The translations under genes and the position numbers were made by a program. A stretch of 64,000 nt of DNA from an uncultured Clostridia bacterium (GTDB lineage Bacteria > Bacillota > Clostridia > TANB77 > UBA1234): NCBI GenBank assembly GCA_947588905.1, contig CANQBB010000002.1, positions 170 through 64,169 of the forward strand, written 5' to 3'. The notes under the pieces are model-generated. The model made no database searches, had not been told where the DNA came from, and saw only the letters and a list, made by a program, of their open reading frames with translations. Shown one piece after another: positions 28,462-37,750 of the stretch (within the stretch, counting starts at the first letter, position 1; each line of letters opens with the position of its first letter).

Positions 28462-29844
28462 ATGAAAAAGTTTTTAGTTTTATTATTATCATTTATAATG
28501 ATATTTTCAACTTTATGCGTTTCAAGTGCAGTAGAAATTGATGATGATTTGCTATCAGGATATGTTCAAGGAGATATTATGCTTCTTGATGGACTTATAT
28601 CACCAAATCCAAATTCTACAATAAGAGTTAAATTAGATGATAAATATATTGATTTCACAGATGCAAACGGAAATGTTGTTGAACCTCAAATTATAAATGA
28701 CAGAACAATGGTACCATTTAGAAAAATATTTAATGAGTTAGGAGTTACTGACGAAAATATTACTTATACTTCTAGTGAAGAACCAATAATAGCAAGTGGA
28801 GACGATGCAGTAATTAAACTTCAAATTGGTAGCACATCAGCATCAAAAACAGTTAATGGAGTTACTACAAATATTACATTAGATTCTGCTCCTGTTATTG
28901 TTGATGGAAGAACTTTAGTACCAGTTAGATTTATTGCTGAAAGCCTTGAGAAAAAAGTTGGCTGGGATGCATATAACAGAACAGTTATAATTATTGATGA
29001 AGAAAAACTTCAATCAGAATTAGAAACAGCTGCTCCAAAATACTTTGAATTATTGAAGTTACAAACTGTAAAACCTAATACTTATGATGTTAGCATGAAT
29101 TTAAACGGTACTCTAAAATATACAGACTCAAGTGATAAATCAAATAATACAAATATTACTCTTGATGGAAAAATAGATATGGTAAAAGCTGCAGATGCTG
29201 TTTCTATGGATATAAACGCAAAACTATCAGGAAAAGGAGTAATGTTTGATGCTGTAAAATCAGCTGGATTACAAAACATTGATTTATCAATTATTATAAC
29301 AAAAGATGCTATGTATTTAAAGAGTTCATTAGTAGAAGAAACAAATGGAAAATGGGTAATGGAAAAAGATGATTCTTTAAATGAATTATTTGAAACACTA
29401 AATCAAAAAAATGATGCAGAACTTCTAAATATTGATGAAGACAGTTTGACTATATATACTTATGACTCATATAAGATGGTAATTGATATGTTCAAAGAGC
29501 TTCTTGGAGATGATAAGTTAACTATTACTGAAGGAAAAACAACAAAGTTTGAATGGAATATGAATCTTGATGATTTATTAGCATTTATGAAGAAGAGTGA
29601 TAGCAGTGTTGATACAACAACTGTAACTGATGTAATCAAAGCTTTTGATGTTTCTCTAGATGGAACAATAAAAGATGGACTTAATGATGAAGCAAAAGTT
29701 GGAATGAACTTAAAAGCAGAGCAAGATACTGAATCAATAGAATTAGAAATTAAAGTAGATGCTAAATATAATAGTTATAATAAAACATATACTATTAAAG
29801 TTCCTACAGGAAATGATGTAATGGATGTTTCAACAATATATTAA
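28462..29844 (+). CDS. paralogous secreted protein with copper-amine-oxidase N-terminal-like domain (460 aa)
   Basis: Signal peptide. The domain segment is about 70 % identical to the upstream paralogue. C-terminal regions differ. Confidence 0.6.
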   Translation: MKKFLVLLLSFIMIFSTLCVSSAVEIDDDLLSGYVQGDIMLLDGLISPNPNSTIRVKLDDKYIDFTDANGNVVEPQIINDRTMVPFRKIFNELGVTDENITYTSSEEPIIASGDDAVIKLQIGSTSASKTVNGVTTNITLDSAPVIVDGRTLVPVRFIAESLEKKVGWDAYNRTVIIIDEEKLQSELETAAPKYFELLKLQTVKPNTYDVSMNLNGTLKYTDSSDKSNNTNITLDGKIDMVKAADAVSMDINAKLSGKGVMFDAVKSAGLQNIDLSIIITKDAMYLKSSLVEETNGKWVMEKDDSLNELFETLNQKNDAELLNIDEDSLTIYTYDSYKMVIDMFKELLGDDKLTITEGKTTKFEWNMNLDDLLAFMKKSDSSVDTTTVTDVIKAFDVSLDGTIKDGLNDEAKVGMNLKAEQDTESIELEIKVDAKYNSYNKTYTIKVPTGNDVMDVSTIY

Positions 29845-29848
29845 AAAT

Positions 29849-29887
29849 AAGAAGGGGTTGTAATTTTTACAGCCCCTTCTTATTTTA
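29849..29887. terminator. bidirectional intrinsic terminator (AAGAAGGGG-TTGTAATTTTTACAG-CCCCTTCTT)
   Basis: A 9-bp G-rich stem plus a T-run, between convergent genes. Confidence 0.7.
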
Positions 29888-29916
29888 TATAATATAAAAA
29901 GTATATTTTCATTTTT

Positions 29917-30936
29917 CTATTGTACTTTTTCTGCAAAGGTATTATTTACAATTATACTATAAGGTGCAGTTTTTTCTAATTCTCCAGCTTCAGTCATAAC
30001 TTTTTGTAATCTCATGAATGCGTCTTCTGACATTTTTGGAGTATCGCTCCATGCGTCAATTTTTTTATATCTTTCTATTACTGTGGTAAGTACATTTATA
30101 TCTGTTTCTGGAAATGAACTCATAACTGCTTCGGCAATCTCTGATGCAGAATGTTCTTTAACCCAGGTTTGACCTTTAGAAAGTGCATTAACAAATTTTT
30201 GAATTATTTCTGGATTATTTTCAATATAACTTTTTCTTGCAAAATAAGCAGTAAATGGGATTTCTTCGGTAGCTTCTCCAACAGATGCAACAATATGACC
30301 TTTGCCTTCTAATTCAAGAGTTGTAGCAGTTGGCTCAAATACTGTGACATAGTCTCCTGTACCAGAAACAAATGCAGTTGTCATAGCATCAAAACTAATG
30401 CTATTATCAAAATTTAAATCTGTATCAGTATTTATTCCATGTTGTCTAAGTACATATTGTAAAGTCATATAAGGAACTCCACCTTTTCTACCAGGAAGAA
30501 TATGAGACCCTTTTAGATTTTCCCAACTAAAATCTCCTGACTCTCTGGCAACTAAAAAAGAACCATCTCTTTTTGTAACTTGAGCAAATACTTCTGCATA
30601 GTCACTACTTCCCTCATTATAAATATAGATAGATGCTTCTGGACCTGCAAAACCTATTTGAACATCATTAGATAGTACAGCAGTCATAACTTTATCTGCT
30701 CCAGCACTATTTATTAGTTCAATATCTAATCCTTCATCTTTAAAAAATCCAAGATTTATAGCAACGTATTGAGGTGCATAAAATACAGAGTGTGTTACTT
30801 CACTTACAGTAATCTTTTGTAATTCATCTCCAGATGTTTCGAGAGTGGTAATGTTAGCATTTTTGCTAATTACTGCAATAACAATTACTATAATAATAAC
30901 TAATATTGCAATCAACGTATAAATTAGTCTTTTCAT
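29917..30936 (-). CDS. ABC-transporter substrate-binding protein, NMT1/THI5-like (SsuA/TauA family), orphan
   Basis: 339 aa with an N-terminal transmembrane/signal anchor and a periplasmic-binding-protein type 2 fold. No adjacent permease or ATPase genes. Confidence 0.65.
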   Translation of the reverse strand: MKRLIYTLIAILVIIIVIVIAVISKNANITTLETSGDELQKITVSEVTHSVFYAPQYVAINLGFFKDEGLDIELINSAGADKVMTAVLSNDVQIGFAGPEASIYIYNEGSSDYAEVFAQVTKRDGSFLVARESGDFSWENLKGSHILPGRKGGVPYMTLQYVLRQHGINTDTDLNFDNSISFDAMTTAFVSGTGDYVTVFEPTATTLELEGKGHIVASVGEATEEIPFTAYFARKSYIENNPEIIQKFVNALSKGQTWVKEHSASEIAEAVMSSFPETDINVLTTVIERYKKIDAWSDTPKMSEDAFMRLQKVMTEAGELEKTAPYSIIVNNTFAEKVQ

Positions 30937-31056
30937 TTAAACCCTCCTATAATTAAATTCTATTTAATTCTTATGCTGAAACATTAAGTTTTGTGCATAA
31001 ATATTTATATTTTAAATCGAATAATATAAGAGAAGACTGCATAATAATCAAAAGAG

Positions 31057-32247
31057 GTGATTGTCTTGAAAAAAGTAATTTATATATTGATTTTGATATT
31101 TTTTATAATTGGAAATGTTTATGCATTTTATGAAGAAGCAAGTAGTGAAGAAGACTATATTGTTGAAACCACAGGAAGTTTGGATGTTCCAAACTTGAAT
31201 GCGAAATCAGCTATACTTTACGATATGACGTATGATAGGATATTATATGAAAAAAATTCAAAACAAAGAAGAGCTAATGCCTCAACTACAAAGATGATAA
31301 CAGCTTTAGTTGCTTATGAAAAAGGTAATTTAAACGATATAGTTACTATTAGTCAAAAGGTAGGCAATACAGGAGGCTCAACAATAAATTTAAGAACTGG
31401 AGATAAAATATCTTTAGACAACCTTATAAAAGGGTTATTAGTTCACTCGGGAAATGATGCAGCAGTTGCAATTGCAGAACATATATCGGGAAGTATAGAA
31501 GAATTTGCAATATTGATGAATGAAAAAGCTGAAGAAATAGGTGCTAAAGACAGCCATTTTGTAAATCCACATGGCTTAGATGCAGAAAATCACTATTCTA
31601 CAGCTTTTGATTTAATGTTAATAGCGAAGGAAGTGCTAAATACACCATATTTAGCGAATATAGTTTCAAAAAGAACTATAGAAATAGAAATAAATGGCAA
31701 CACTAGAACTATCGGAACAACAAATGAAGTTTTAAGTGCATATCCAGGAGCAAATGGAGTAAAAACAGGATTTACTGGTGATGCTGGAAGATGTATAGTT
31801 ACCTCAGCCAAAAAAGACAATAGACAAATTATAAGTATTGTATTGGGTTGTGATACAAAAAAGAATAGAACTATTGATTCCGTAGGCCTTTTAAATTATG
31901 GTTTTAACACGTTTAAAAGTGTTAATTTGGGAGATTATATTAGAAAAACTATTTGTATAAATGTAGATAAAAGCGAAGGTGTTTTATATACCTTAAAGAG
32001 AGATGCAGATATATATTATCCGTTGAAAGAGGAGGAAATTAAAGAAATTAGAGTCAATTATAATGTGGTTAATAATTTGGTTGCACCATTAAATAAAGGC
32101 TATAAAGTTGCTAGTGCTAGTATTTTTCTAAATAATAGTAAGATTTGTGAAGTCGAATATCTTTTACCTCAAAAAATAGAAAGGAAAGATTGGAAAGAGT
32201 TTTTTAAAGAATTACTTTTTAATAATATTGAAAATATGCATATTTAG
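31057..32247 (+). CDS. D-alanyl-D-alanine carboxypeptidase (low-molecular-weight PBP, PBP5/DacB-like)
   Basis: 396 aa with a signal peptide, SxxK (ASTTKM), SGN (HSGND) and KTG motifs, and a C-terminal PBP5-type domain. Confidence 0.85.
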   Translation: MIVLKKVIYILILIFFIIGNVYAFYEEASSEEDYIVETTGSLDVPNLNAKSAILYDMTYDRILYEKNSKQRRANASTTKMITALVAYEKGNLNDIVTISQKVGNTGGSTINLRTGDKISLDNLIKGLLVHSGNDAAVAIAEHISGSIEEFAILMNEKAEEIGAKDSHFVNPHGLDAENHYSTAFDLMLIAKEVLNTPYLANIVSKRTIEIEINGNTRTIGTTNEVLSAYPGANGVKTGFTGDAGRCIVTSAKKDNRQIISIVLGCDTKKNRTIDSVGLLNYGFNTFKSVNLGDYIRKTICINVDKSEGVLYTLKRDADIYYPLKEEEIKEIRVNYNVVNNLVAPLNKGYKVASASIFLNNSKICEVEYLLPQKIERKDWKEFFKELLFNNIENMHI

Positions 32248-32357
32248 TAATAAATATTTGAAAAAATAGATAAAAACATAAAATAAGGTTGAAAAAAATT
32301 GAAAAATATAGTAATATATGTATGGAGATTTATGCAATTAAATCGGAGGGAAAAGTA

Positions 32358-32813
32358 ATGAAAAAAGTAATATTAGCAATAATAATTAGTATGTTTCTTG
32401 TATGTAGCACTTTGTCTTGTGTTTCAAATGCTGAAACAAGTAGTGCACATAGTGATGCTAACATTGAGCAAGGAACTATAACTGAAGATAATACAGAAGA
32501 AAAGGTAACACAATCTTCTGAAAAAATATTAGATAACCTATCACAAAAAGAGAAGAAAATAGCTGAATATACAGATAAGTATAATAATGAAACATATGCT
32601 TATACTGCATATTACCTAGATATGGCACAATTATATAGCATTCCAATTTTTATTATAATAATGACAATTGGTGCATTTAATTACTATATTATAGGAGAAA
32701 AGAAATTAGACAAGAAGGAACAAGGTTTTGGACTTATAATGGCTTCTTTGAGTGGACTAGTTTTATTTCAAGTTTTACCATTGATATTTGCATTGCTAGT
32801 TGCAGGAAAATAG
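32358..32813 (+). CDS. hypothetical exported/membrane protein (about 151 aa)
   Basis: Signal peptide (MKKVILAIIISMFLVCSTLSCVSNA), an acidic segment, then two C-terminal transmembrane helices. Start taken at the ATG preceded by GGAGGGAAAAGTAATG. Confidence 0.4.
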   Translation: MKKVILAIIISMFLVCSTLSCVSNAETSSAHSDANIEQGTITEDNTEEKVTQSSEKILDNLSQKEKKIAEYTDKYNNETYAYTAYYLDMAQLYSIPIFIIIMTIGAFNYYIIGEKKLDKKEQGFGLIMASLSGLVLFQVLPLIFALLVAGK

Positions 32814-32901
32814 ATAAAAAGAAATTTTAAAATTAAAAATTTTTATTTGTTATATTTGTTTAAAGTAAAAAATGCTAAATTTAGCAGGAAGGTGATTATA
32901 G

Positions 32902-35373
32902 ATGAAGGTACTATTTGCAATAGGAAGTGAACAAACTTCTAAAAGAGTTGCCGAAAAATATTATGAAAAATTTGGAGAAGAATTAGAATATAAAAATGTT
33001 TTTTATTTTCAAGCTCTCTTGAATGAAGTTAAAGCTGATAAAACTTATGACAGAATTGTTATAAGCGAAGAATTAGAAGAATTTGTAATAAAAAATAATG
33101 TAGAAGCTTTTGATAGACTTATATTTAATAAAATTGATAGTATAACAGATGAAATTGAGGATTCAGAAATCATTGTTATATGCTCTGATAGAAGAAGCAA
33201 AAATCAAGATAGATTTGTTGAAAGACTTTTTAGTATTGGTGTATATAACATATTGATTGGTGATGAAAGAAATGTTGAATCACTATGTAACTGCATAAAT
33301 AAACCACTAAATAAAAAAGAAGCAAAAAGACATTTAAACATTAATCCTGTAGTTAGTAATAGCGAACTTTCTACTAGAGATGATGAAGTAGAAGAAGTTC
33401 AAATGCTAAATATATTAAAATATTATGATGGAATTAAAGGAAAAGTAGATGAATATGTTCCTGCATTTGACAGAATAGCTGAACAATATAGCCAAGTACA
33501 ATTAAAAGTAATTGCAAGTCAACTTCCTGCTGATGTAAAAAGAGAATTACTTAAATCTGAAAGATATATATTCTTATCTGATGTTTTAATGCCTAGAGGA
33601 AGTGAAACACCTCAAAAGAATAATGTAATAAAACAACAGGTTAGTAAACCTTCTAAGATGGGATTATTTGGATTCTTGAAAAAGAATTCAAATTCGAATT
33701 CAAATCCAATTAGTGAAAATACTAGAAGAACTGATAGACCAGGTGCAATTGATAGAGAACCAACTAACATTGAACAAGAAAGAAGAAATAGTGCTGAAAT
33801 GGATGCCATTGCTTTACAGGAAGCTAAAGATAGAGAACAAGCCGAATTGAGAGCAAAAGCAGAACGTGAGGCTATGGAAAGAGAACAAGCTGAATTAAGG
33901 GCTAAAGCAGAACAAGAAGCTAGAGACAGAGAACAAGCTGAATTAAAAGCAAAAGCTGAGCAAGAAGCTAGAGACAGAGAACAAGCTGAATTAAAGGCAA
34001 AAGCAGAACAAGAAGCTAGAGATAGAGAACAAGCTGAACTAAGAGCAAAGGCCGAACAAGAGGCTAGGGATAGAGAGCAAGCTGAAAAGACTAGAGTAGA
34101 ACAAGAAACTATGGCTAGACAACAAGCTGAATTGAAAGCTAGAGCAGAGCAAGAAACTAGAGAAAGAGAACAAGCTGAACTAAGAGCTAGAGCAGAACAA
34201 GAAGCTAGGGACAGAGAGCAAGCTGAGCTAAGAGCTAGAGCAGAACAAGAAGCTAGAGATAGACAACAGGCTGAATTGAAAGCTAGAGCAGAACAAGAAG
34301 CTAGAGACAGAGAACAAGCTGAGTTAAGGGCTAGAGCAGAACAGGAAGCTATGGCTAGACAGCAAGCAGAATTAAAATCTAAAGAAGAACAAGGAGTTCA
34401 AAGAAAAATGGAACAAGATTCATTAGAAGAAGAAAGAAGAAAATTAGAGCAAGAAAAACTTGCATTAGAAGAGGAAAGAAAAAAATTAAGAGAACAAACA
34501 GAACAGCTTAGCAAATCTGCAGGAATGAGTTCGACTCCTAGACCTACAATTGATACTAATTATGATAGCAAAAAAATGGATTATAAAAAGATGGTAATTT
34601 TTGTCGGTGCAAATAAAAGTGGAACAACATTTATGGTTAATGCTATTTCACATCATTTGGCTGATAATAGAGTTGGTGTCGGTGTATTAGATATGACAAG
34701 AGATAGAAGTCTTTATTATATATATAATCAAGATAGCAAAGAATTAAGAGATGTTGCACTTGGTTGTATGCAAAAATTATCTGAAGGTGTTGATTCATAT
34801 ATTCAAGGTAAGAGAAACTTAAAAATATATACATCAGTACCAGGCACTAATGTTGATAATAGAAGAGGCTTTAGAAATAAATCTATTATAGATACTTTGA
34901 CAAATAATAATAATCTTGTTATAGTAGATGCTGATTTCTCAGCTCCATTAGAATATTTTGAAAAAGCTGATGAAATATATATAGTACAAGACTTAGATAT
35001 TATGAAGATGCAAGAAACAACATTATTTTTACGTGAGCTAAAAAATAGAAGTGTAAATATGAATAAAATTAGAATTATAATAAATAAGTATGTTAAATGT
35101 CAATTAACACCTAAGAAAATAATAGAAGGTTTATCATATTATAATGATCCACAAATGTCATTTGTAGATGAAATATTAGATAATAAAACAGCTTATTATT
35201 TAGTTCCAATTAGTATTGAAAATTATACTAATTATATTGAAAGTATGTATAAAAATAATATAGATTATAAAAAATATACACCAGATTTCTTAAATGCTAT
35301 TAAAGATATTGCTTCTGTTGTTTATAAAAGAGGAGGAGCAACTCAAACAAAGAGAAGAGGAATCTTTGGATAG
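32902..35373 (+). CDS. three-part protein (823 aa): receiver-like N-domain, 11 tandem 16-aa repeats (DREQAELRAKAEQEAR), degenerate ParA/MinD/CpaE-like P-loop C-domain
   Basis: Ribosome-binding site GGAAGGTGATTATAGATG. The N-domain (MKVLFAIGSEQTSKRVAEKY...IVICSD) is flavodoxin/REC-like. The centre is a perfect-period charged repeat. The C-domain (MVIFVGANKSGTTFMVNAISHHLADNRVGVGVLDMT...LVIVDADFSAP) aligns to the deviant Walker A and Walker B of the MinD/ParA/CpaE family with substitutions. Confidence 0.75.
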   Translation: MKVLFAIGSEQTSKRVAEKYYEKFGEELEYKNVFYFQALLNEVKADKTYDRIVISEELEEFVIKNNVEAFDRLIFNKIDSITDEIEDSEIIVICSDRRSKNQDRFVERLFSIGVYNILIGDERNVESLCNCINKPLNKKEAKRHLNINPVVSNSELSTRDDEVEEVQMLNILKYYDGIKGKVDEYVPAFDRIAEQYSQVQLKVIASQLPADVKRELLKSERYIFLSDVLMPRGSETPQKNNVIKQQVSKPSKMGLFGFLKKNSNSNSNPISENTRRTDRPGAIDREPTNIEQERRNSAEMDAIALQEAKDREQAELRAKAEREAMEREQAELRAKAEQEARDREQAELKAKAEQEARDREQAELKAKAEQEARDREQAELRAKAEQEARDREQAEKTRVEQETMARQQAELKARAEQETREREQAELRARAEQEARDREQAELRARAEQEARDRQQAELKARAEQEARDREQAELRARAEQEAMARQQAELKSKEEQGVQRKMEQDSLEEERRKLEQEKLALEEERKKLREQTEQLSKSAGMSSTPRPTIDTNYDSKKMDYKKMVIFVGANKSGTTFMVNAISHHLADNRVGVGVLDMTRDRSLYYIYNQDSKELRDVALGCMQKLSEGVDSYIQGKRNLKIYTSVPGTNVDNRRGFRNKSIIDTLTNNNNLVIVDADFSAPLEYFEKADEIYIVQDLDIMKMQETTLFLRELKNRSVNMNKIRIIINKYVKCQLTPKKIIEGLSYYNDPQMSFVDEILDNKTAYYLVPISIENYTNYIESMYKNNIDYKKYTPDFLNAIKDIASVVYKRGGATQTKRRGIFG
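33826..34380 (+). repeat. intragenic tandem repeat, 48 bp repeated about 11 times (encodes [D/M]REQAEL[R/K]AKAEQEA[R/M])
   Basis: Direct reading shows gatagagaacaagctgaattaagagc(a/t)a(a/g)agcagaacaagaagctaga units with synonymous or conservative variation. Confidence 0.85.
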
Positions 35374-35379
35374 GAGGAA

Positions 35380-35640
35380 ATGAAAATGGATAATGAAAAT
35401 ACAATCTTTTTTAAGGTGGAAAAAGAGAAAAAGGCAAATTCAAAACAAATATTAAGACAAGTTTATGAAGCACTTGTTGAAAAAGGATATAATCCTGTTA
35501 ATCAAATTGTTGGATATATCTTATCTGGAGATCCAACATATATCACAAGTTACAAAGATTCTAGGACTTTAATAAGACAATTAGAAAGAGATGAATTATT
35601 AGAAGATTTAGTTAAAGAATATATTGGAGTTAATGAGTAA
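35380..35640 (+). CDS. ireB: IreB-family regulatory phosphoprotein (UPF0297)
   Basis: 86 aa. The motif ...[36 protein letters not shown] is characteristic of the UPF0297/IreB family. Located immediately upstream of ruvX, as in the conserved Firmicute cluster. Confidence 0.7.
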   Translation: MKMDNENTIFFKVEKEKKANSKQILRQVYEALVEKGYNPVNQIVGYILSGDPTYITSYKDSRTLIRQLERDELLEDLVKEYIGVNE

Positions 35641-36056
35641 TGAAAATTCTTGGATTAGATTATGGAGATGTAAGAACAGGTGTAGCAATTTCTGATGAAT
35701 TAGGAATGATTGCACATGGACTTGAAACAATAGAACATAATGGTAGTGATAAGAAATTACTTGAGAGAATAAAAGAAATTATAAAACAAAATAATATTGA
35801 AAAGATTGTTATTGGTTATCCATTAAATATGAATGCTACTAAAGGACCAAGAGCTGAAAAGACAGATGCATTTATTAAAAAACTAAAATTAGCAACTAAT
35901 ATGGAAGTAATAAAAGTTGATGAAAGATTAACAACTGTTGCATCTCATAGAACTATGACGGAACTAAACGTTGGCAAAGACAAAAAGAAAAAAATTGTAG
36001 ATACTATATCTGCTGAATATATTTTACAGATGTATCTAGATAAAAAAGTTAATTAG
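35640..36056 (+). CDS. ruvX: Holliday-junction resolvase-like protein RuvX (YqgF)
   Basis: 138 aa. [19 protein letters not shown] is the RNase-H-like YqgF N-terminus. Start overlaps the ireB stop. Confidence 0.9.
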   Translation: MKILGLDYGDVRTGVAISDELGMIAHGLETIEHNGSDKKLLERIKEIIKQNNIEKIVIGYPLNMNATKGPRAEKTDAFIKKLKLATNMEVIKVDERLTTVASHRTMTELNVGKDKKKKIVDTISAEYILQMYLDKKVN

Positions 36057-36069
36057 AAGGGAGAAAAAA

Positions 36070-36375
36070 ATGGACGAAAACAAAGATTTAAATGAAGTTG
36101 AAGAATTTGATGATTTAGACAATATAATAACTCTAACAGATGAAGAAGGTAATGAAATTGAATTTGAATATCTTGATGCAGTTGAAATGGATGGTAAAGA
36201 ATATATAGTTTTATTACCAGTTGAAGAACAAGAAAAAGGAGAAGTTGTTATCTTTAGAGTTGAAGGCGAAGAAGATAATGAAACTTATGTTGGACTTGAA
36301 GATGAGGAAGAGGCAGAAAAAGTTTTTAATTTGTTTAAAGAAAAAGCTAGAGACGATTTTGATTTTGCAGACTAA
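36070..36375 (+). CDS. DUF1292-family small acidic protein
   Basis: 101 aa, very acidic. ITLTDEEGNEIEFEYLDAVEMDGKEYIVLLP is the DUF1292 core. It occupies the conserved position after ruvX. Confidence 0.75.
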   Translation: MDENKDLNEVEEFDDLDNIITLTDEEGNEIEFEYLDAVEMDGKEYIVLLPVEEQEKGEVVIFRVEGEEDNETYVGLEDEEEAEKVFNLFKEKARDDFDFAD

Positions 36376-36476
36376 TTAAAAAAATATATGCCATTTTAAA
36401 TGAGGCTTAGAAATACAATTTGTATTTTGTACTTCATTTAAAATGGCATTATTAAATTTTAATAAAAGAGGTAATT

Positions 36477-37703
36477 ATGGAAAAGTTAATTGATAAAGTA
36501 GAAAAAGAAATAAAAAATCAATTTAATATAGAAGAAGAAATAGAATATTATAATTCTAAAAAAGTTTTAGAAGCTTTTAAAAAATATAATATCAGTGAAG
36601 CACATTTAAAGGGAACAACTGGATATGGATATGGCGACTTAGGAAGAGATACAATAGAACAAGTCTATTCAGATATTTTTAAAGCAGAAGATGCTTTAGT
36701 TAGAAATCAATTTATATCTGGGACTCATACTATATCTTGTTCATTATTTGGAATATTGAGACCCAATGATATACTTTTAAGTATCAATGGAAAACCATAT
36801 GATACTTTAGATGAAGTAATTGGAATTAGAGAAAATCCTAGTTCATTAAAAGCATTTGGAGTTAAATATGAACAGATAGAATTAAAAGATAATAAGTTTG
36901 ATATAGAACAAATCAAAGAACGTGCTAAAAAACATGATATTAAGCTAATAATAATTCAACGTTCAAGAGGATATTCTTATAGAAATGCTTTTTTAATTGA
37001 TGAGATTGAAGAAGTAATAAGAAATATAAGAGAAGTTAACAAAGATGTATATATAATGGTAGATAATTGTTATGGAGAATTTACTGAAATAAAAGAACCT
37101 ATAGAAGTAGGAGCTGATATTGCAGTTGGTTCTCTTATAAAAAATATTGGTGGTTCAATAGCACAAACAGGTGGATATGTTGTAGGGAAAAAAGAATTGA
37201 TTGATTTGATTAGCGATAGATATTCTGCTCCAGGTTTAGGAAAAGAAGGAGGAGCTTCTTTTGAACATAATAGAAAAATAATGCAAGGATTATTTATGGC
37301 TCCGCACATAGTTTGTGAAGCAAAGAAAATAGGAATATTTGCTTCTAAATTATTAGAAGAATTAGGTTTTGAAACTGAACCTAAATATAATGCAAAACGT
37401 TCAGATATAGTTCAGATGATTAAATTTGGTAATGCAGAAAAGCTTATTAAGTTTTGCCAAGCAATTCAGTCTTTTTCTCCGATTGATTCACATGTTAAAC
37501 CAATGCCTTGGGATATGCCTGGATATGAAAATCAAATTATTATGGCAGCAGGTGCTTTCACTTCGGGTTCTTCAATAGAGTTAAGTTGCGATGGACCATT
37601 AAGAGAGCCATATGTTGCATATTTGCAAGGTGGAATAACATATGCTTATGGAAAAATTGCTGTTACAGAAGCAGTGCGTACAATTATGGATTCTAAGTTT
37701 TAA
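36477..37703 (+). CDS. methionine gamma-lyase-family protein (aluminium-resistance / YnbB family, PLP-dependent)
   Basis: 408 aa. Family-typical segments GTTGYGYGDLGRDTIEQVYSDIFKAEDALVR and IIQRSRGYSYRNAFLIDEIEEVI. Ribosome-binding site AGAGGTAATTATG. Confidence 0.8.
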   Translation: MEKLIDKVEKEIKNQFNIEEEIEYYNSKKVLEAFKKYNISEAHLKGTTGYGYGDLGRDTIEQVYSDIFKAEDALVRNQFISGTHTISCSLFGILRPNDILLSINGKPYDTLDEVIGIRENPSSLKAFGVKYEQIELKDNKFDIEQIKERAKKHDIKLIIIQRSRGYSYRNAFLIDEIEEVIRNIREVNKDVYIMVDNCYGEFTEIKEPIEVGADIAVGSLIKNIGGSIAQTGGYVVGKKELIDLISDRYSAPGLGKEGGASFEHNRKIMQGLFMAPHIVCEAKKIGIFASKLLEELGFETEPKYNAKRSDIVQMIKFGNAEKLIKFCQAIQSFSPIDSHVKPMPWDMPGYENQIIMAAGAFTSGSSIELSCDGPLREPYVAYLQGGITYAYGKIAVTEAVRTIMDSKF

Positions 37704-37750
37704 TTTATTATAGTTCTTAGTTTATAATTATAAGTATGGAGGAATAAATT

